Part shown: piece by piece, positions 9,936-21,460 of the stretch | Position numbering within the stretch: position 1 is the first letter of the stretch | Layout: each line of letters starts with the position of its first letter | Origin: a virus | Lineage: Duplodnaviria > Caudoviricetes | Direction: 5' to 3' (one strand) | Virus record (IMG/VR): IMGVR_UViG_3300026549_000036 | Length of the DNA stretch: 64,000 nt | The notes under the pieces: model-generated | What the model was told of the DNA's origin: nothing | Databases searched by the model: none | Seen by the model: only the letters and a program-made list of their open reading frames with translations | Translations under genes and position numbers: made by a program

Positions 9936-10794
9936 AACTTTTGATTATGAAGGACCCGTTTATAATATAGAAGTTGAACAAAATCATAATTATTATGTTG
10001 AAGATGTATTAGTATCAAACTGTCACGAAAATTCTACAAAGAAAGGCGAACACGCAGATCTTAAATTGTTAATGCCAATGTTGCGTTCTTGTTTACCAGG
10101 AACTGAAATTGCTATCGGTGGTGGAAATGCTTTGGAACATCCATCTTTGTGGGTTTTGGTCGGTAAAATGAAAGAAAATGGACTGATTCCCTCTATCACA
10201 GTTAACCAAAAACATTTACAGAAATACTTTCAGTTAATCAAAACCCTGGACTTCGCAGGAATTGGTGTTTCCTTGACAGATCCTTCAAACAAGAAGGATA
10301 TGCGTTTGATTGACGAACTGGGCAGTAACGTCGTAATACACACGATTGCTGGCGTTTTAACTCCCAAGGACTATTCTGTATTGAGAGATAGAAAAGTTCT
10401 AATTCTCGGTTACAAGGATATCAGACGCGGACATGATAATTTGTCTAAACATACTGCTGAAATTCAAGCAAACATTGAACAACTGAAAAAAGATTTGCCA
10501 ATGATTGCTAAAAACGCAAGAGCACTTTCTTTTGATTGTTTGGCTCTAAAGCAGTTGAATCCAAAGGAATGTTTGGGAATGACTGATGAAGAATTCGCAA
10601 ACATTTATCAGGGCGATGACTACGAAATGTTTGACAAAGACGGAAATTTGACAGTTGGAACAATGTTTATTGACGCTGTTAAAATGGAAATTGCTAGAAG
10701 TAGTACTGCTCAAATGGATAAAAGATATAAATTCACTGGTAGTGAAAAGATAAGTGAACTGTTAGCAAAAAGCTGCGAAGGTTATGGAAAATAA
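9916..10794 (+). CDS. Split intein C-fragment + radical SAM C-extein
   Basis: MKIRKIE...VYNIEVEQNHNYYVEDVLVSN|CHENS; GGG motif EIAIGGGN; GGAG RBS. Confidence 0.9.
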   Translation: MKIRKIETFDYEGPVYNIEVEQNHNYYVEDVLVSNCHENSTKKGEHADLKLLMPMLRSCLPGTEIAIGGGNALEHPSLWVLVGKMKENGLIPSITVNQKHLQKYFQLIKTLDFAGIGVSLTDPSNKKDMRLIDELGSNVVIHTIAGVLTPKDYSVLRDRKVLILGYKDIRRGHDNLSKHTAEIQANIEQLKKDLPMIAKNARALSFDCLALKQLNPKECLGMTDEEFANIYQGDDYEMFDKDGNLTVGTMFIDAVKMEIARSSTAQMDKRYKFTGSEKISELLAKSCEGYGK

Positions 10795-13700
10795 TACTAT
10801 CAAAATCAGATGTAGTGTTAGAAGTAACTTGTTTAAAAGACTTGGCGAACTAGCAGGTTGTACTTATCTTGGAAAGTACAAATTCTACAAATTCTTTGAA
10901 ATGGTAAACCCTGACGATGTAACCAAGTATATGGAACAACACATAACTACACAGTTAACTTATTATGAAGCTTGCTGTGAATTTTGGTTGTATAAAATGT
11001 TCGGCTGGACAGAATATGACGAAGAAAAGTACGCCGAGTTATTGGAAATGCCAATACTGGATTTGTACGATAAACTAAGTTTAGCTTATAAGAAATACCT
11101 GGAAAAAGAAAAATTGGAAAGTATTAAAGAGGATTTTTAATGATTGAAAATCACTTTGATTATAACATAACTAGAGAGAAAATCACAAAAGCATTTGATG
11201 TCAAGCCAGGACATCCTGCTTATGCTCCAATTTGTGCTTTTTTAGATTATTACGATAAAGAAATTAGGGAACAGTATGCTATGAAACGAAACTTGGAAAT
11301 GGGGTACTGGAATTTCATCTCTAAGTATGTTTATAACAAACTATTAAAGTTTGAATACGATACTACTGATTTTGCTAAATTCAAAGCTATGAGTGAACAA
11401 GAACTTGAGGCCTTTCGTGATATGCGATTGAAAGAATTTATGGCTGAACGAAGACTTGACAAAATGAAAGAGGATTTCTAATGGTTTATGTTTGGATAAG
11501 TACAGATGAAAAAACTATCATTAGACAAATGAAAGGAAATACTTATAATGTTATTAGTATAGACCAGAAGAATGTTGATGATAAAGCAACTGAATATACT
11601 TTTGTACTTGAGTCCGATGAAAATGAAAGATGTTCTTTCACTTTTACATTTAGGAGTAAGGGTGAAGGCAAATATAATCTGTATTTCTTCAGCATTGTAA
11701 GTCCACAAAAATCTATTACAACTGGAACTACCCATCACAATAAAAATGTTGGTGAAGATTTTGGTGATTGGATGAACGAAGAAGTAAAATCACTAAAAGG
11801 AATTATTGAAAAGAAATACAAAGAAAGTGGTAGAATTAACGAACTGAAAGAGGATTTCTAATGTTAAGTACTCTTGAAAAGATTGTATTACGAAAAATTG
11901 AATACTTTTGTTCTGGTGAATACTACAATTTTGATAAAAGATTTAAGTTTATTAAAATTGTAAATGAAACCATAACACCTGAAGAAGCCAATGAATTTCA
12001 TAAACAGAATTTGGGGTTATTGTGGAATGAAGCATGTTCTTTGTTAATAGTTCAAAAAGTACTTGGTATTGAAAATTTTGATGAACAGAAATATAATGAA
12101 ATTCTTGATTGTTCACCAGAAAATTTGTATGAAAAATTTAAGATTGGTTTAAAACGATTTCGTCTTACAAAAAAGATGGATAAAATAAATGAGGATTTCT
12201 AATGGCTGAGAAAAAAGAGTATTTACCTGAACTAATGAAGTTAATAAAGAAGTATGGTTTGACTTTTGAAGACGAACCTGGTTCAGATTACATACGAATT
12301 AACCTTCCTAATTTAATTGTTCCAGATGATAGTTTTGCGGACTTGGATAGAGAAGATGATGAGTTAATTTATTATAAAGAACTCTCATTATCTTATGATG
12401 CAGAAACTAATACCAGTCATATAGAATTTGTTGGTGATGGTTATAATCGTACTGGTTGTTTAAGTGGCTTGAAGAAGTTTGAAACTGTAGTTAAGAAACT
12501 AATTAAAGTTGCAGATGTGTATAATTCAATGAACAAGCAGTTGAAAAGTAAGGTTAAAGAAATTGGTATTGCGGAGGACTTCTAATGGTTTACATTTGGG
12601 CAGCTAATAAATCTAAAACGATTATCAAACAACTTAATGGTTCTACATTTAGACTGGATGAACTTGTTCAAGTACAAATTGATGCGTTTACTCAAAATTT
12701 AACTTTCACTTTTGTCACAGACGAGAATGACAAATACACATTTGATTTGGATGTAAAAGTAGACCACGATGAAAGATGCTCTTTGCGTTATTTTGGAATA
12801 ACAAGTCCACAAAAACATTTCGCTACTGGAATTAACGGTATGAAAGGTAAAAATACAATGGAAGATTTGAACAAATTTATAAATTCTCAGTTAAATCCAA
12901 TTAGAGATGTGTTTGATAAAAAGTTTAAAGAAGAATGTAAGTTAAAAGGCATTGAAAAGGATTTTGACTAATGACCAGAGATGAATACGAAGAAGTCTGT
13001 AAAAAATTTCCAGATTATCTTAATTTGACTGGTAGTGGTACTTGTTATATTAAAGGTGCTGCCACATTTGGTTTATACGAAGTAACAGATATTATTTACG
13101 AAGGTTGTGTTTTAGATGATAAAGTTATTGGTAAAGTTTGGTATAAGTGTTATAGTCCAGATAAAAAGACAATACAAACTAGGTCAAAAATTTGTTATAA
13201 TGCCAATACTAAAGAAGAATTTGAAAAGAAAATACAAGAATTTATAGAAAATTACAAAAAAGTTCAAGTTAAATTGAAACAAATAAATCTAAACAAGGAT
13301 TTTGAATAATGGGAATACCAATGCGGCGTGTGAAAAATAAACCAGCATTTACTTGTTATCCATATACAGAATTGAACTGGGTTTATGATTATTCATTGAA
13401 TAGTCTTGAACGAAAAATGTACTTTCATTTTATGAAGAGGTTAATGCCAATTTGTGAAGAACATGTCAGTGAATGGACTGATATGTTTGATTGTTTTGAC
13501 CCGTTCGGATCTGATTTAGAGATTGTTGTTTGGCGAGTAGTTATTCTATTGGGATATAAACCTTGGAACCAGTATTATTATGCTAAAATGGATGACGATA
13601 CTTTGTTCGCAATTTTAAACAAACGAATCAAAGAATTTAAAGCACAGCAGAAAGTAAAAAATATGGAGGCAGATTTTGAGTGAGCCTTGGATAAGTTCAA

Positions 13701-14014
13701 AGGAATTAAGAGATGTTGTGTATAAATTTTATAATACCGTCATATTAGACAGCGAAAGGAATAAAAGATTAGCCAAATGTATAGATGAAACTGAAATTAG
13801 AGAAATGCAGAACAGATATAAAGCATTATGGTGGAATGAAGCTGTAACACTTGTCATTATGGAGAAGATTTTAGGTGTAACTAATTTTTCCGAAACTGTA
13901 TTTAGTCAATTTATAAACCTAACTACTAACAAACTACTTGAGATTATTGACTACGGGATAAAAGAGTATCAAGTTAGGAACAAATTAAACAAACTTGAAT
14001 CAGATTTCAATTAA
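10784..14014 (+). other. Tandem array of 9 translationally coupled DF-tail genes (10784, 11140, 11481, 11861, 12202, 12585, 12971, 13309, 13676)
   Basis: Each ORF is 112-128 aa and ends in a Lys-rich helix plus xDF(x); most junctions are TAATG. Confidence 0.85.
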
Positions 14015-14036
14015 ACAAAATTGTTATCCAAAACTA

Positions 14037-14064
14037 TTGACAATAAAAATTTAAATTCTATATT
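14037..14064 (+). promoter_or_regulatory. sigma70-type promoter
   Basis: TTGACA-16-TATATT. Confidence 0.65.
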
Positions 14065-14092
14065 TAACTAAAAACTAAAAGAGGTATTATCT

Positions 14093-14617
14093 ATGAAAAT
14101 TGAATTGAATTTGACTTCTGCCTTCACTCTCCGTAAGAGAATTAAAGAATTGGGTAGAGTAAACGAACAAATCCTTGCGTTTAGCAAGTATGTTGTTGAA
14201 CCAGAACAAGTTGACGAAGAACTTGAGAAGTTTGAAAATAAGAGTGTCTATGACACATTTATGTTGAGTTCAAAGTGTGGTGATGAATCATACAGACTTC
14301 AAAATTTGATTGACGAACACAATAACAAGGGTAAGGTTGTATTGAATCAACTCAATGCGATTAACAAGAAGATTGAAATTGCGACCCGTTGTGCCAATGC
14401 TCTCAAAGTGAATCGTACACAGAAGTCTCGTAACCCTGTAACCGGTAACTGGGAAGTAACTAAGTTACAGAAGATTACTGATACAGATTTTGAAACTATT
14501 TTGGACGCTTTGACAAAGGAAAAGGTTCGTGCTGAAGACGAATTGTCAAAGATTAATTCCAAAGAAACATTCACATTTGAATTGGATGACGAAATCTATA
14601 AGAAGATTTACGGCTAA
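14093..14617 (+). CDS. Coiled-coil protein, possibly DIP1984-like
   Basis: LTSAFTLRKRIKEL N-terminus and ...EDELSKINS C-terminus resemble that family (from recall). Confidence 0.5.
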   Translation: MKIELNLTSAFTLRKRIKELGRVNEQILAFSKYVVEPEQVDEELEKFENKSVYDTFMLSSKCGDESYRLQNLIDEHNNKGKVVLNQLNAINKKIEIATRCANALKVNRTQKSRNPVTGNWEVTKLQKITDTDFETILDALTKEKVRAEDELSKINSKETFTFELDDEIYKKIYG

Positions 14618-14954
14618 TTTTTAGACCGAGTTACTGAAACGATTTGTTATTGGCTTTTATCTGGGAATTTGCCTTTCGCAAAATTGCACGATGAAGTCGG
14701 ATGGTGATTTACACATTTCAAACGCTGAGTAACCATCTGTTTGATATGCTGAAGTCTTGAGCCGATGATAACCCATTTAAAGCTACAAAATTTTAAGATT
14801 GTAAAACTAACAGTTCTTAATTTTTAGTTTGTTTCAATTATTTCAGTGACATTTATTAAAAAAGAACGAAACAAAAAGTTCTCGGGTAATTCCAAAACAG
14901 TTCTTTTGAAAAAAGTCTTTTTTGAATTTATTTAAATAAAAAGGAAAATCATAT

Positions 14955-15413
14955 ATGATAGTAAAAGCAAATGTTCTAACTAAAGATGGTAAGCGTGGTA
15001 CCGAATGGTTCCTGGTACGCTTTGACCATACCCCAGTAAAAGATGTAACCAAGCGTCATCGCAGAACCGGTCTCTGCTCAATTTTCTATTTGACAGATGA
15101 CGATTACGATGGCGGAGAAAACTTCGCTTCTCGCATTTGTGGCGAAAAGAATAAGTACTTCGTTACTGATGCCAAGATAGTTTGTTCGGAAAAGGATAAC
15201 TATGTAAAGGCTTATGCCCGAAATGTTACTATGAAGAAGGCTATCCAGCAGATTATGACAATGCAGTCTAATGGCGAATTGTCCTGGGATTTCACATTTG
15301 ATAATGAAACCTTCAAATCTTTCATTACCACATTGAATAAACAGCATCCGCACGGTAATGCCGCTGCTATGAAGTTGCTCCAAAATAGCAGTTATCGTCA
15401 TAACAAAAAGTAA
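14955..15413 (+). CDS. Hypothetical protein
   Basis: 152-aa ORF with AAGGA RBS. Confidence 0.75.
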   Translation: MIVKANVLTKDGKRGTEWFLVRFDHTPVKDVTKRHRRTGLCSIFYLTDDDYDGGENFASRICGEKNKYFVTDAKIVCSEKDNYVKAYARNVTMKKAIQQIMTMQSNGELSWDFTFDNETFKSFITTLNKQHPHGNAAAMKLLQNSSYRHNKK

Positions 15414-15446
15414 ATAAAATTTTACAAAGAAGGAGACAATCGGGTA

Positions 15447-15475
15447 TTGACAAAATGCCCGATTTTTTCTATATT
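15447..15475 (+). promoter_or_regulatory. Early promoter embedded in a terminator-like hairpin
   Basis: TTGACA-17-TATATT; inverted repeat AATCGGGTATT/AATGCCCGATT followed by a T run. Confidence 0.8.
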
Positions 15476-15501
15476 ATAAACATAACCACAAGGAGTTTAC
15501 A

Positions 15502-15759
15502 ATGGAATGGCTTTAAAACGCAAATACATTTTCTAAATTCACTGTTTATTGTGGATTTGGTTACTGGTGCATTAAGAGTGTTCGCGGTACCGGAAAATGG
15601 TTAAAGACCTATGGTGGCAGTCCGAACATGTGCCAGTGGACTCGTAACAAAGCAGAAGCTCTCATTTTCTGCTCCGATGACAAGGTGGTTGATTTCATTA
15701 AGCAGTTTGAACATTGTGAAGTTGATACCTGGGATTGGGATGGCAAAAATGTTGTTTGA
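15502..15759 (+). pseudogene. Early gene with an in-frame TAA at codon 5
   Basis: AGGAG RBS, ATG GAA TGG CTT TAA, then 80 open codons in the same frame. Confidence 0.6.
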
Positions 15760-16012
15760 GATAAAATTTTATTACGATGACGGCACAGTTTCACACGATT
15801 TAATAGAATGTGAAAATCCGACCAAATGGGAAGGAAATAATGTTTTAACGAATATGGCGAAAAGAGCAAAGTTTGAAACTAATGCGTTTAAGCATAAAAT
15901 TGTAAAGATTGAAAAGAAATGTGTGCTGGCTTGTAAAACAAAGAATTTCAAACAACATAGCTGGTGTTCCGGTGATGGTTATGTTTGGCCTGCAGAATGG
16001 TGGAAAATGTGA
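15749..16012 (+). CDS. Hypothetical protein
   Basis: MLFEIKFYYDDG..., overlapping the end of the previous gene. Confidence 0.6.
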   Translation: MLFEIKFYYDDGTVSHDLIECENPTKWEGNNVLTNMAKRAKFETNAFKHKIVKIEKKCVLACKTKNFKQHSWCSGDGYVWPAEWWKM

Positions 16013-16407
16013 AACGAAGTACTTTTGAACAATATGTAACAGAATACTGTGAGGATTTGGCACTGAAAGAAAATTCTCACCAATACAAGCGTTGTAAACA
16101 TGCTTGTGTTCTGACATATAATGATGCCATCATTTCAAGTGGTGTAAATTCAAAACTGTTCAACGATTTTACGAAACAGTACAATGATTTGAAGACATTA
16201 CACGCAGAACCTGTTGCGATTATGAGAGCGATGAAACACCACAGCAAGATTATTCATAAATGCGAACTGTGGGTTTGTCGCAACAATGAGATTTCAAAAG
16301 AAAGTCGCCCGTGCCCGATGTGTATGAGAATTATTAAGGGATTTGGAATTAAACGAATTCATTACACAACTGGTGCTGGCGAATGGAAAGAAGAAACTTT
16401 AGAATAA
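16009..16407 (+). CDS. Zinc-dependent cytidine/dCMP deaminase-superfamily protein
   Basis: HAE and SRPCPMC motifs. Confidence 0.85.
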   Translation: MKRSTFEQYVTEYCEDLALKENSHQYKRCKHACVLTYNDAIISSGVNSKLFNDFTKQYNDLKTLHAEPVAIMRAMKHHSKIIHKCELWVCRNNEISKESRPCPMCMRIIKGFGIKRIHYTTGAGEWKEETLE

Positions 16408-16418
16408 GGAGATAAACT

Positions 16419-16805
16419 ATGGCTGCTATGACACCCGAACTAAAAGCACGATATAAAGAACTTGGTATTCGCAATAGCACTTGGAGAGGCCCGAATGGTA
16501 AAGAATATGTTGTTTGTAGAGGTGGTGAATTTTATATGCACACGATCTGCGAAACATACGTTCCACGCCGATTTGTGATGGGAAAACCACAATGTAAGGC
16601 ACAAGGACTTGACCCAGAAGAAATGGTAAAATACATTGAGTATAAGGCACTCAGATATCACAGTTCTTATGGTGGTGGCGGTTATGAAAAAACAATTTCA
16701 TACAGTACAGTAGAAGAATTTAACAAACTGTGGGCTATGTTCCAGATGGGATATAAAGACGCTGAAATGCGAAACAAACTAAATAACATTAAGGAAGATT
16801 TCTAA
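16419..16805 (+). CDS. DF-tail family protein
   Basis: Ends RNKLNNIKEDF. Confidence 0.75.
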   Translation: MAAMTPELKARYKELGIRNSTWRGPNGKEYVVCRGGEFYMHTICETYVPRRFVMGKPQCKAQGLDPEEMVKYIEYKALRYHSSYGGGGYEKTISYSTVEEFNKLWAMFQMGYKDAEMRNKLNNIKEDF

Positions 16806-17081
16806 ATGACTTATTGGGAACTGGATAAATTAGTTGAAGAATTTGGTCTGAAAAAAGACCAAATACTGAACCGACTATATTATTCAAAACGCACAATAGG
16901 TAATTATTATTATAATTTTGCTAGTGATAACCCAGTTGTAAAAATTGAATTTTGTCAGTCTTCTATCAACACAAAGTATGTAAAAACTGCAAGAAAAGAA
17001 ATTATGCGACAAATTGAAAGAGTTAAAAAAGAAAAACTTGAAAACAAAATAAAACAAATTAAAGAGGATTTCTATGGCTAA
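16806..17081 (+). CDS. DF-tail family protein
   Basis: Ends NKIKQIKEDFYG. Confidence 0.75.
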   Translation: MTYWELDKLVEEFGLKKDQILNRLYYSKRTIGNYYYNFASDNPVVKIEFCQSSINTKYVKTARKEIMRQIERVKKEKLENKIKQIKEDFYG

Positions 17082-17607
17082 ACTGACCGAGAAAGAATTA
17101 AAAGAAAAGTGGATTGAAAATGCCTGTGACTATCTGGCAAACAAAACCAGGAATGAACAGATATTCAAGTTCAATTCCGATACAGAAACGAATGGCTACT
17201 GTGGACGTTCATTTCACGAAAAGGTCGGAGAACCTTGGGTTCGTGGTGTTTACAAGTGGTGTGCAGTAAACATTAACAATAACTTTGTTGTGTTCTATTG
17301 TGGTGAGCGAGAAGCACAAACTTATTTGAAAAGTAAGTTCAACAATGACCCACCTGCTGCTTGTATTACTCTTGACGAATGTAAGTGTGCTGACATTAGC
17401 AAAGAAGATAAAGCCTTGCTTGACAAGATTTATGACGAAATGTGTATGCGTATTCACGGTATGAATGAACAAATTAACAGAATGTACATTCAGTGCGAAA
17501 AAGAATTTGAAATTCAGCGTGAAAGTGAAACTATGTTTGAATTTTTGGAATCAACCGAAGAAGAAAAGAAGGAAGACCCCGGAGAAAATGTTAAATCTGA
17601 CGAATGA
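17074..17607 (+). CDS. Hypothetical protein
   Basis: 177-aa ORF with GAGG RBS. Confidence 0.7.
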   Translation: MAKLTEKELKEKWIENACDYLANKTRNEQIFKFNSDTETNGYCGRSFHEKVGEPWVRGVYKWCAVNINNNFVVFYCGEREAQTYLKSKFNNDPPAACITLDECKCADISKEDKALLDKIYDEMCMRIHGMNEQINRMYIQCEKEFEIQRESETMFEFLESTEEEKKEDPGENVKSDE

Positions 17608-18178
17608 AAATGTGATGGTTGTAAGTGATACTCACTTTAGACACAAGAAATTGTGTTTTGGTGAAGCAGAACACTTTGACAGAACTCGTAATTACAAGTT
17701 TACATCTGATATGGATGCCGACATTATTGCTCAGTGGAATAAGAACATTGGGGATAATGACGTTGTAATCTTTTTGGGTGATTTCTTGATGAATACTCCG
17801 GTAAAACAGACCGAAGAAGTATTCTACCAGTACTACAATGCTTTGAACAAGGGCAAGAAAATGTACTGGATTTGCGGGAATCATGACCATCTTTTGAGAA
17901 AGAAGATTGGTTGGGATAAGCTAAATATGAGTTATCATTTGGAATTTATGAAGGATAATCGTTTGTATGTAATACAGCACGAAGACTTCATTGAAAACCA
18001 AAGACACATGCCAGTTTGTGAATATGACAGTAATGTTGTGTTCGTTCACGGACATACTCACGAATCAAATAAGCTTTCTCGTTTCCAATACAAGGGAATG
18101 AACCTTGTACAGAACTGTGTATGCTGGGATGCTTGGTATCGTCCCGTAAATGTAAATGAACTGGAGGGTTGTGTATGA
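17588..18178 (+). CDS. Calcineurin-like metallophosphoesterase
   Basis: SDTH, LGD, GNHD and HGHTH motifs. Confidence 0.9.
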   Translation: MLNLTNENVMVVSDTHFRHKKLCFGEAEHFDRTRNYKFTSDMDADIIAQWNKNIGDNDVVIFLGDFLMNTPVKQTEEVFYQYYNALNKGKKMYWICGNHDHLLRKKIGWDKLNMSYHLEFMKDNRLYVIQHEDFIENQRHMPVCEYDSNVVFVHGHTHESNKLSRFQYKGMNLVQNCVCWDAWYRPVNVNELEGCV

Positions 18179-18445
18179 TAAACACTGGTTGGATTCCTGG
18201 TTATCTTCAGCGTTGTGGTGAAATGCTTCGTGAGCATTATGCTAATAAACGCAACAGACAGACTTTGTCCGAATCGGAGTATTTCAATAGAGTAATGAAG
18301 TATGTTGATATGCATCCGAAGAGGGACGAAATTCTGTCTGATTTGAAAGCAGATGCTCATATTCTTGCTGAATGTTATGAAGAAGGTCACCCACCTGAAT
18401 ACTGCTATGCTCAGTTGCTAAAATTGTATTTTTAAGGAGGACTAA

Positions 18446-18817
18446 ATGAAAAAAATTATTTTATGTGTATTGTTGTTTACGAGTTTTATCTTCGCATTGA
18501 ATTGTAAACCACTAACAGACGAACAGAAAGAAACAATGGCACGTGAACATTTTACAGAAGTTCCTGCCATTATAAATTCTGGTATTATGTGCGAAAATGG
18601 ATTTTACTATAATGCTACATCAGTATTGTTTGTAGATGTTTGCAAAGCAGTTAATCTTAAAACAAGAACTGAAACAACCATAGTTAATGTTTTAGATAAA
18701 CGAAATAAAACAGAATATACTTATGATGAGTTTTGGATTGCTATAAAAGAAAGTAATGAAACTACTTCTCAAACTTGCGCAGATTTGTATAAGCAGTTTA
18801 AGAAAGAAATGAAGTAA
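18446..18817 (+). CDS. Exported hypothetical protein
   Basis: Signal peptide and GGAGG RBS. Confidence 0.7.
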   Translation: MKKIILCVLLFTSFIFALNCKPLTDEQKETMAREHFTEVPAIINSGIMCENGFYYNATSVLFVDVCKAVNLKTRTETTIVNVLDKRNKTEYTYDEFWIAIKESNETTSQTCADLYKQFKKEMK

Positions 18818-18832
18818 TTTCATAAATACAAT

Positions 18833-19480
18833 ATGGCAATAGACCCACAATTATATCTTGACATAGCAGCTAACAATGTGGACCCGATGGTGTTTGAGTT
18901 TGATGACTTAGGCGACGGTCCGGGTCCAATGTTCGGTGGTATGGGTGTAAAGATTACTGGGACTTATGGCGGTGCACCAGTTGATGTATGCCGTGGTCCT
19001 TGTATTAGATACACACCAATGAAAACTGCTGAAGAAATTGAAGCCGAACAACAAGCAGAATACGAAGCAGAACAAGCTAGAATTAAATTAGAATACGAAA
19101 CTTGGACTAATAAATTCAAAGCAAATCATTATACAACAGAACTTTCTTTTATCTTTGGTAATTTGAACAAGCAACAGTTGAAATGGATAAAACATATTCT
19201 TGATACTGACGAAGATGCGACATACATTTATGCTGGAAACAAAGATAGAAGTGAATTTTTAAGTATAAACGATGTCTGCGCCCACGTTACAAAATCCAAG
19301 ATTAAAAATGGAAAACTTGTTTGTGAGATTGAATTTGATTATACAGATCCGGGTTTAAAACTTTTTCGTAATTGGCAGAATGGATTTGCCCCAAAGTTGA
19401 ATTTAAATACTATATTTGTGTATGATGAAAAGGACCCAAATTTACAGAACTTAAAATTTCTTTGCTTGGAGTTTGTATGA
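18833..19480 (+). CDS. Hypothetical protein; C-terminal half weakly resembles a gp21 prohead-protease fold
   Basis: 215-aa ORF with CATAAATA just upstream; segment VCAHVTK...GKLVCEIEFDYTDPG. Confidence 0.45.
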   Translation: MAIDPQLYLDIAANNVDPMVFEFDDLGDGPGPMFGGMGVKITGTYGGAPVDVCRGPCIRYTPMKTAEEIEAEQQAEYEAEQARIKLEYETWTNKFKANHYTTELSFIFGNLNKQQLKWIKHILDTDEDATYIYAGNKDRSEFLSINDVCAHVTKSKIKNGKLVCEIEFDYTDPGLKLFRNWQNGFAPKLNLNTIFVYDEKDPNLQNLKFLCLEFV

Positions 19481-20579
19481 TAATCAAACGGAACGATTTT
19501 ACAACTTATTTAGAAAATCATATTACGAAAGAACAAAATCAGGTACTACAAAGTGTACCTGGTTTTCGTGTAAAGTATATAAATATGCTTTCAGTTCTTA
19601 CTGAAATTATGGAACGTGATTATCATTGGGCAAATAATCAAACATATAAGTCCAATTATTACGATTTAATTCCTGATACATTCAAATCGTATTATGCAGA
19701 AACATACGCAACAAGATATAAATTGTATTTCCACACTCAGTTTATGAAATTTCCATCTGAATGGATATATAAGTATACCAGTTTAATAAATGAAGGTTTC
19801 TTTGACTTTATAAAAACAAACGATTATGCAGATTTCTATAATATAGAATATCTGATAAAAATGATTGAAAACATTTTAAAAATTGCTAAATTTAGAATAG
19901 ATGACTTCTAAACAACAAAACATAATTAAATTGCAAAACCTAGCAGTTGAACTAGGTTTGTTTTATTCCTATTTAAATTCTTATGAAACTGATGCAACCG
20001 GTGGTGAATTAGTTTTTACTTATAATTTAGAGGAATATAAACAATATCCAGTTAATAACAAATGTAGATTTATTATTAAACAGTGGTTCTTTTTGTGTGC
20101 TTATGTAAACAATTATGGAGAGTTTATTGTTCATACAAAAATACCTTATCCGGGATTTAATGAAAAAGTACATTTTAAATCATTTGAAGAAGTTAGACAA
20201 TATATAATTGACTATATGAGATACTCCAAAGAACATTTTGTAGATATGAAACTTGAGAAAATACAGTGGGATTTCAATGAATGAAAACGAAGTTAAATCA
20301 TTTTTAACCAAATATAATCTTAAAATACTTGGAGTAGATAAAGAAAACATTTGGCCTTGTGTAATTGGAAAAAACGATATAAAATTAGGTTTTGTAAATA
20401 AAAAGTGGACAATTTATAGACAAGTATTTTATATTTCACTTGTAGATAGGTTTGACTGCGCAATAATGTTTGATGATTATAAAAAATGTTGTAACTTCTA
20501 CGAAACCGAAACTGATAAACATTTTAAAGAATTAAGAGAATTCCGAAAAATTAAACAAATACAGGAAGATTTTGAATGA
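19477..20579 (+). other. Three coupled DF-tail genes (19477, 19901, 20277)
   Basis: End IDDF, QWDFNE and QEDFE. Confidence 0.75.
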
Positions 20580-21364
20580 TACATTTAGTTTGTTTGACAA
20601 AACCATATAACGAACTTGATTTTAAAATTTGGTACAAATGGCATAAGTTACTTGGAATTGACAAAATCCATATTTTCCACAATGACAGTGATTTACGAAT
20701 TAACAGACTGATAAATCCGCCGGACGAATATCAGTATATCAGTGGGTGGCCGAATCAATGGCAGCTCTATAATGACATTTTGAATAAAAATACACTCGGT
20801 TTCAAAAATGAAGATATAGTTATTTTCCTTGACGATGACGAATTTTTGTGGATTGACCAGAAAGAACCGCTAGATGCTCTGTTAATGAAACAGTTTAGAA
20901 TGTTAGATTGTGTTATGGTTCCGCAAATTCTAATGAGTACAAAGGATGTGACTGAGCAACGTAGCACTAATCTAATTGAACACAGTTATTACAGAAGAAA
21001 CGATTTAGCGAACCAGGGCAAATGTATACTTTTGTATAATGACAGAAACGAATACGATTTTACAAAAGAAGAACAGAATGAACGCGGCCATATTCCGTTT
21101 ATAAATGGAATGAGATTTAGTGATGTTGTAGGAAGTGACTGCTCCAAAACCACCTATGGCTTGGTCGCTTATGACGCTCCTGTGCGTTTATATCACTATC
21201 ATATCAAATCATTAGACGATTGGAAACACAAACTTGCACGTGGAAGTGCTGCGAATACTGCCCAAATCTATGACGAAGATATAACTAAAAACAAATGGTA
21301 TGGAGATTATTCAGTTATAGACCTAACAATGTTGAATGCTGCGAAGAAAATCGGTCTTTTGTAA
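20576..21364 (+). CDS. GT-A fold glycosyltransferase (GT2/GT92-like)
   Basis: WHKLLGIDKIHIF, FLDDDEF (DxD) and LYHY motifs. Confidence 0.8.
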   Translation: MIHLVCLTKPYNELDFKIWYKWHKLLGIDKIHIFHNDSDLRINRLINPPDEYQYISGWPNQWQLYNDILNKNTLGFKNEDIVIFLDDDEFLWIDQKEPLDALLMKQFRMLDCVMVPQILMSTKDVTEQRSTNLIEHSYYRRNDLANQGKCILLYNDRNEYDFTKEEQNERGHIPFINGMRFSDVVGSDCSKTTYGLVAYDAPVRLYHYHIKSLDDWKHKLARGSAANTAQIYDEDITKNKWYGDYSVIDLTMLNAAKKIGLL

Positions 21365-21389
21365 AGAAAGTTTTACATAAAACTTATTG

Positions 21390-21425
21390 AAAACCATTGA
21401 CAACTGTCAATGGTTTTTCTATATT
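21390..21425 (+). promoter_or_regulatory. Early promoter inside a perfect 13-bp inverted repeat
   Basis: AAAACCATTGACA-ac-TGTCAATGGTTTT; TTGACA 21397, TATATT 21420. Confidence 0.85.
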
Positions 21426-21460
21426 TACTTATGTAAACAACAAAACAAGAGGTAACAAAA

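Noticed and set aside
10784-14014. CRISPR array or integron attC cassettes
   Set aside because: The recurring GAGGATTTYTAATG is short, degenerate, coding and not palindromic; the spacers are whole genes.
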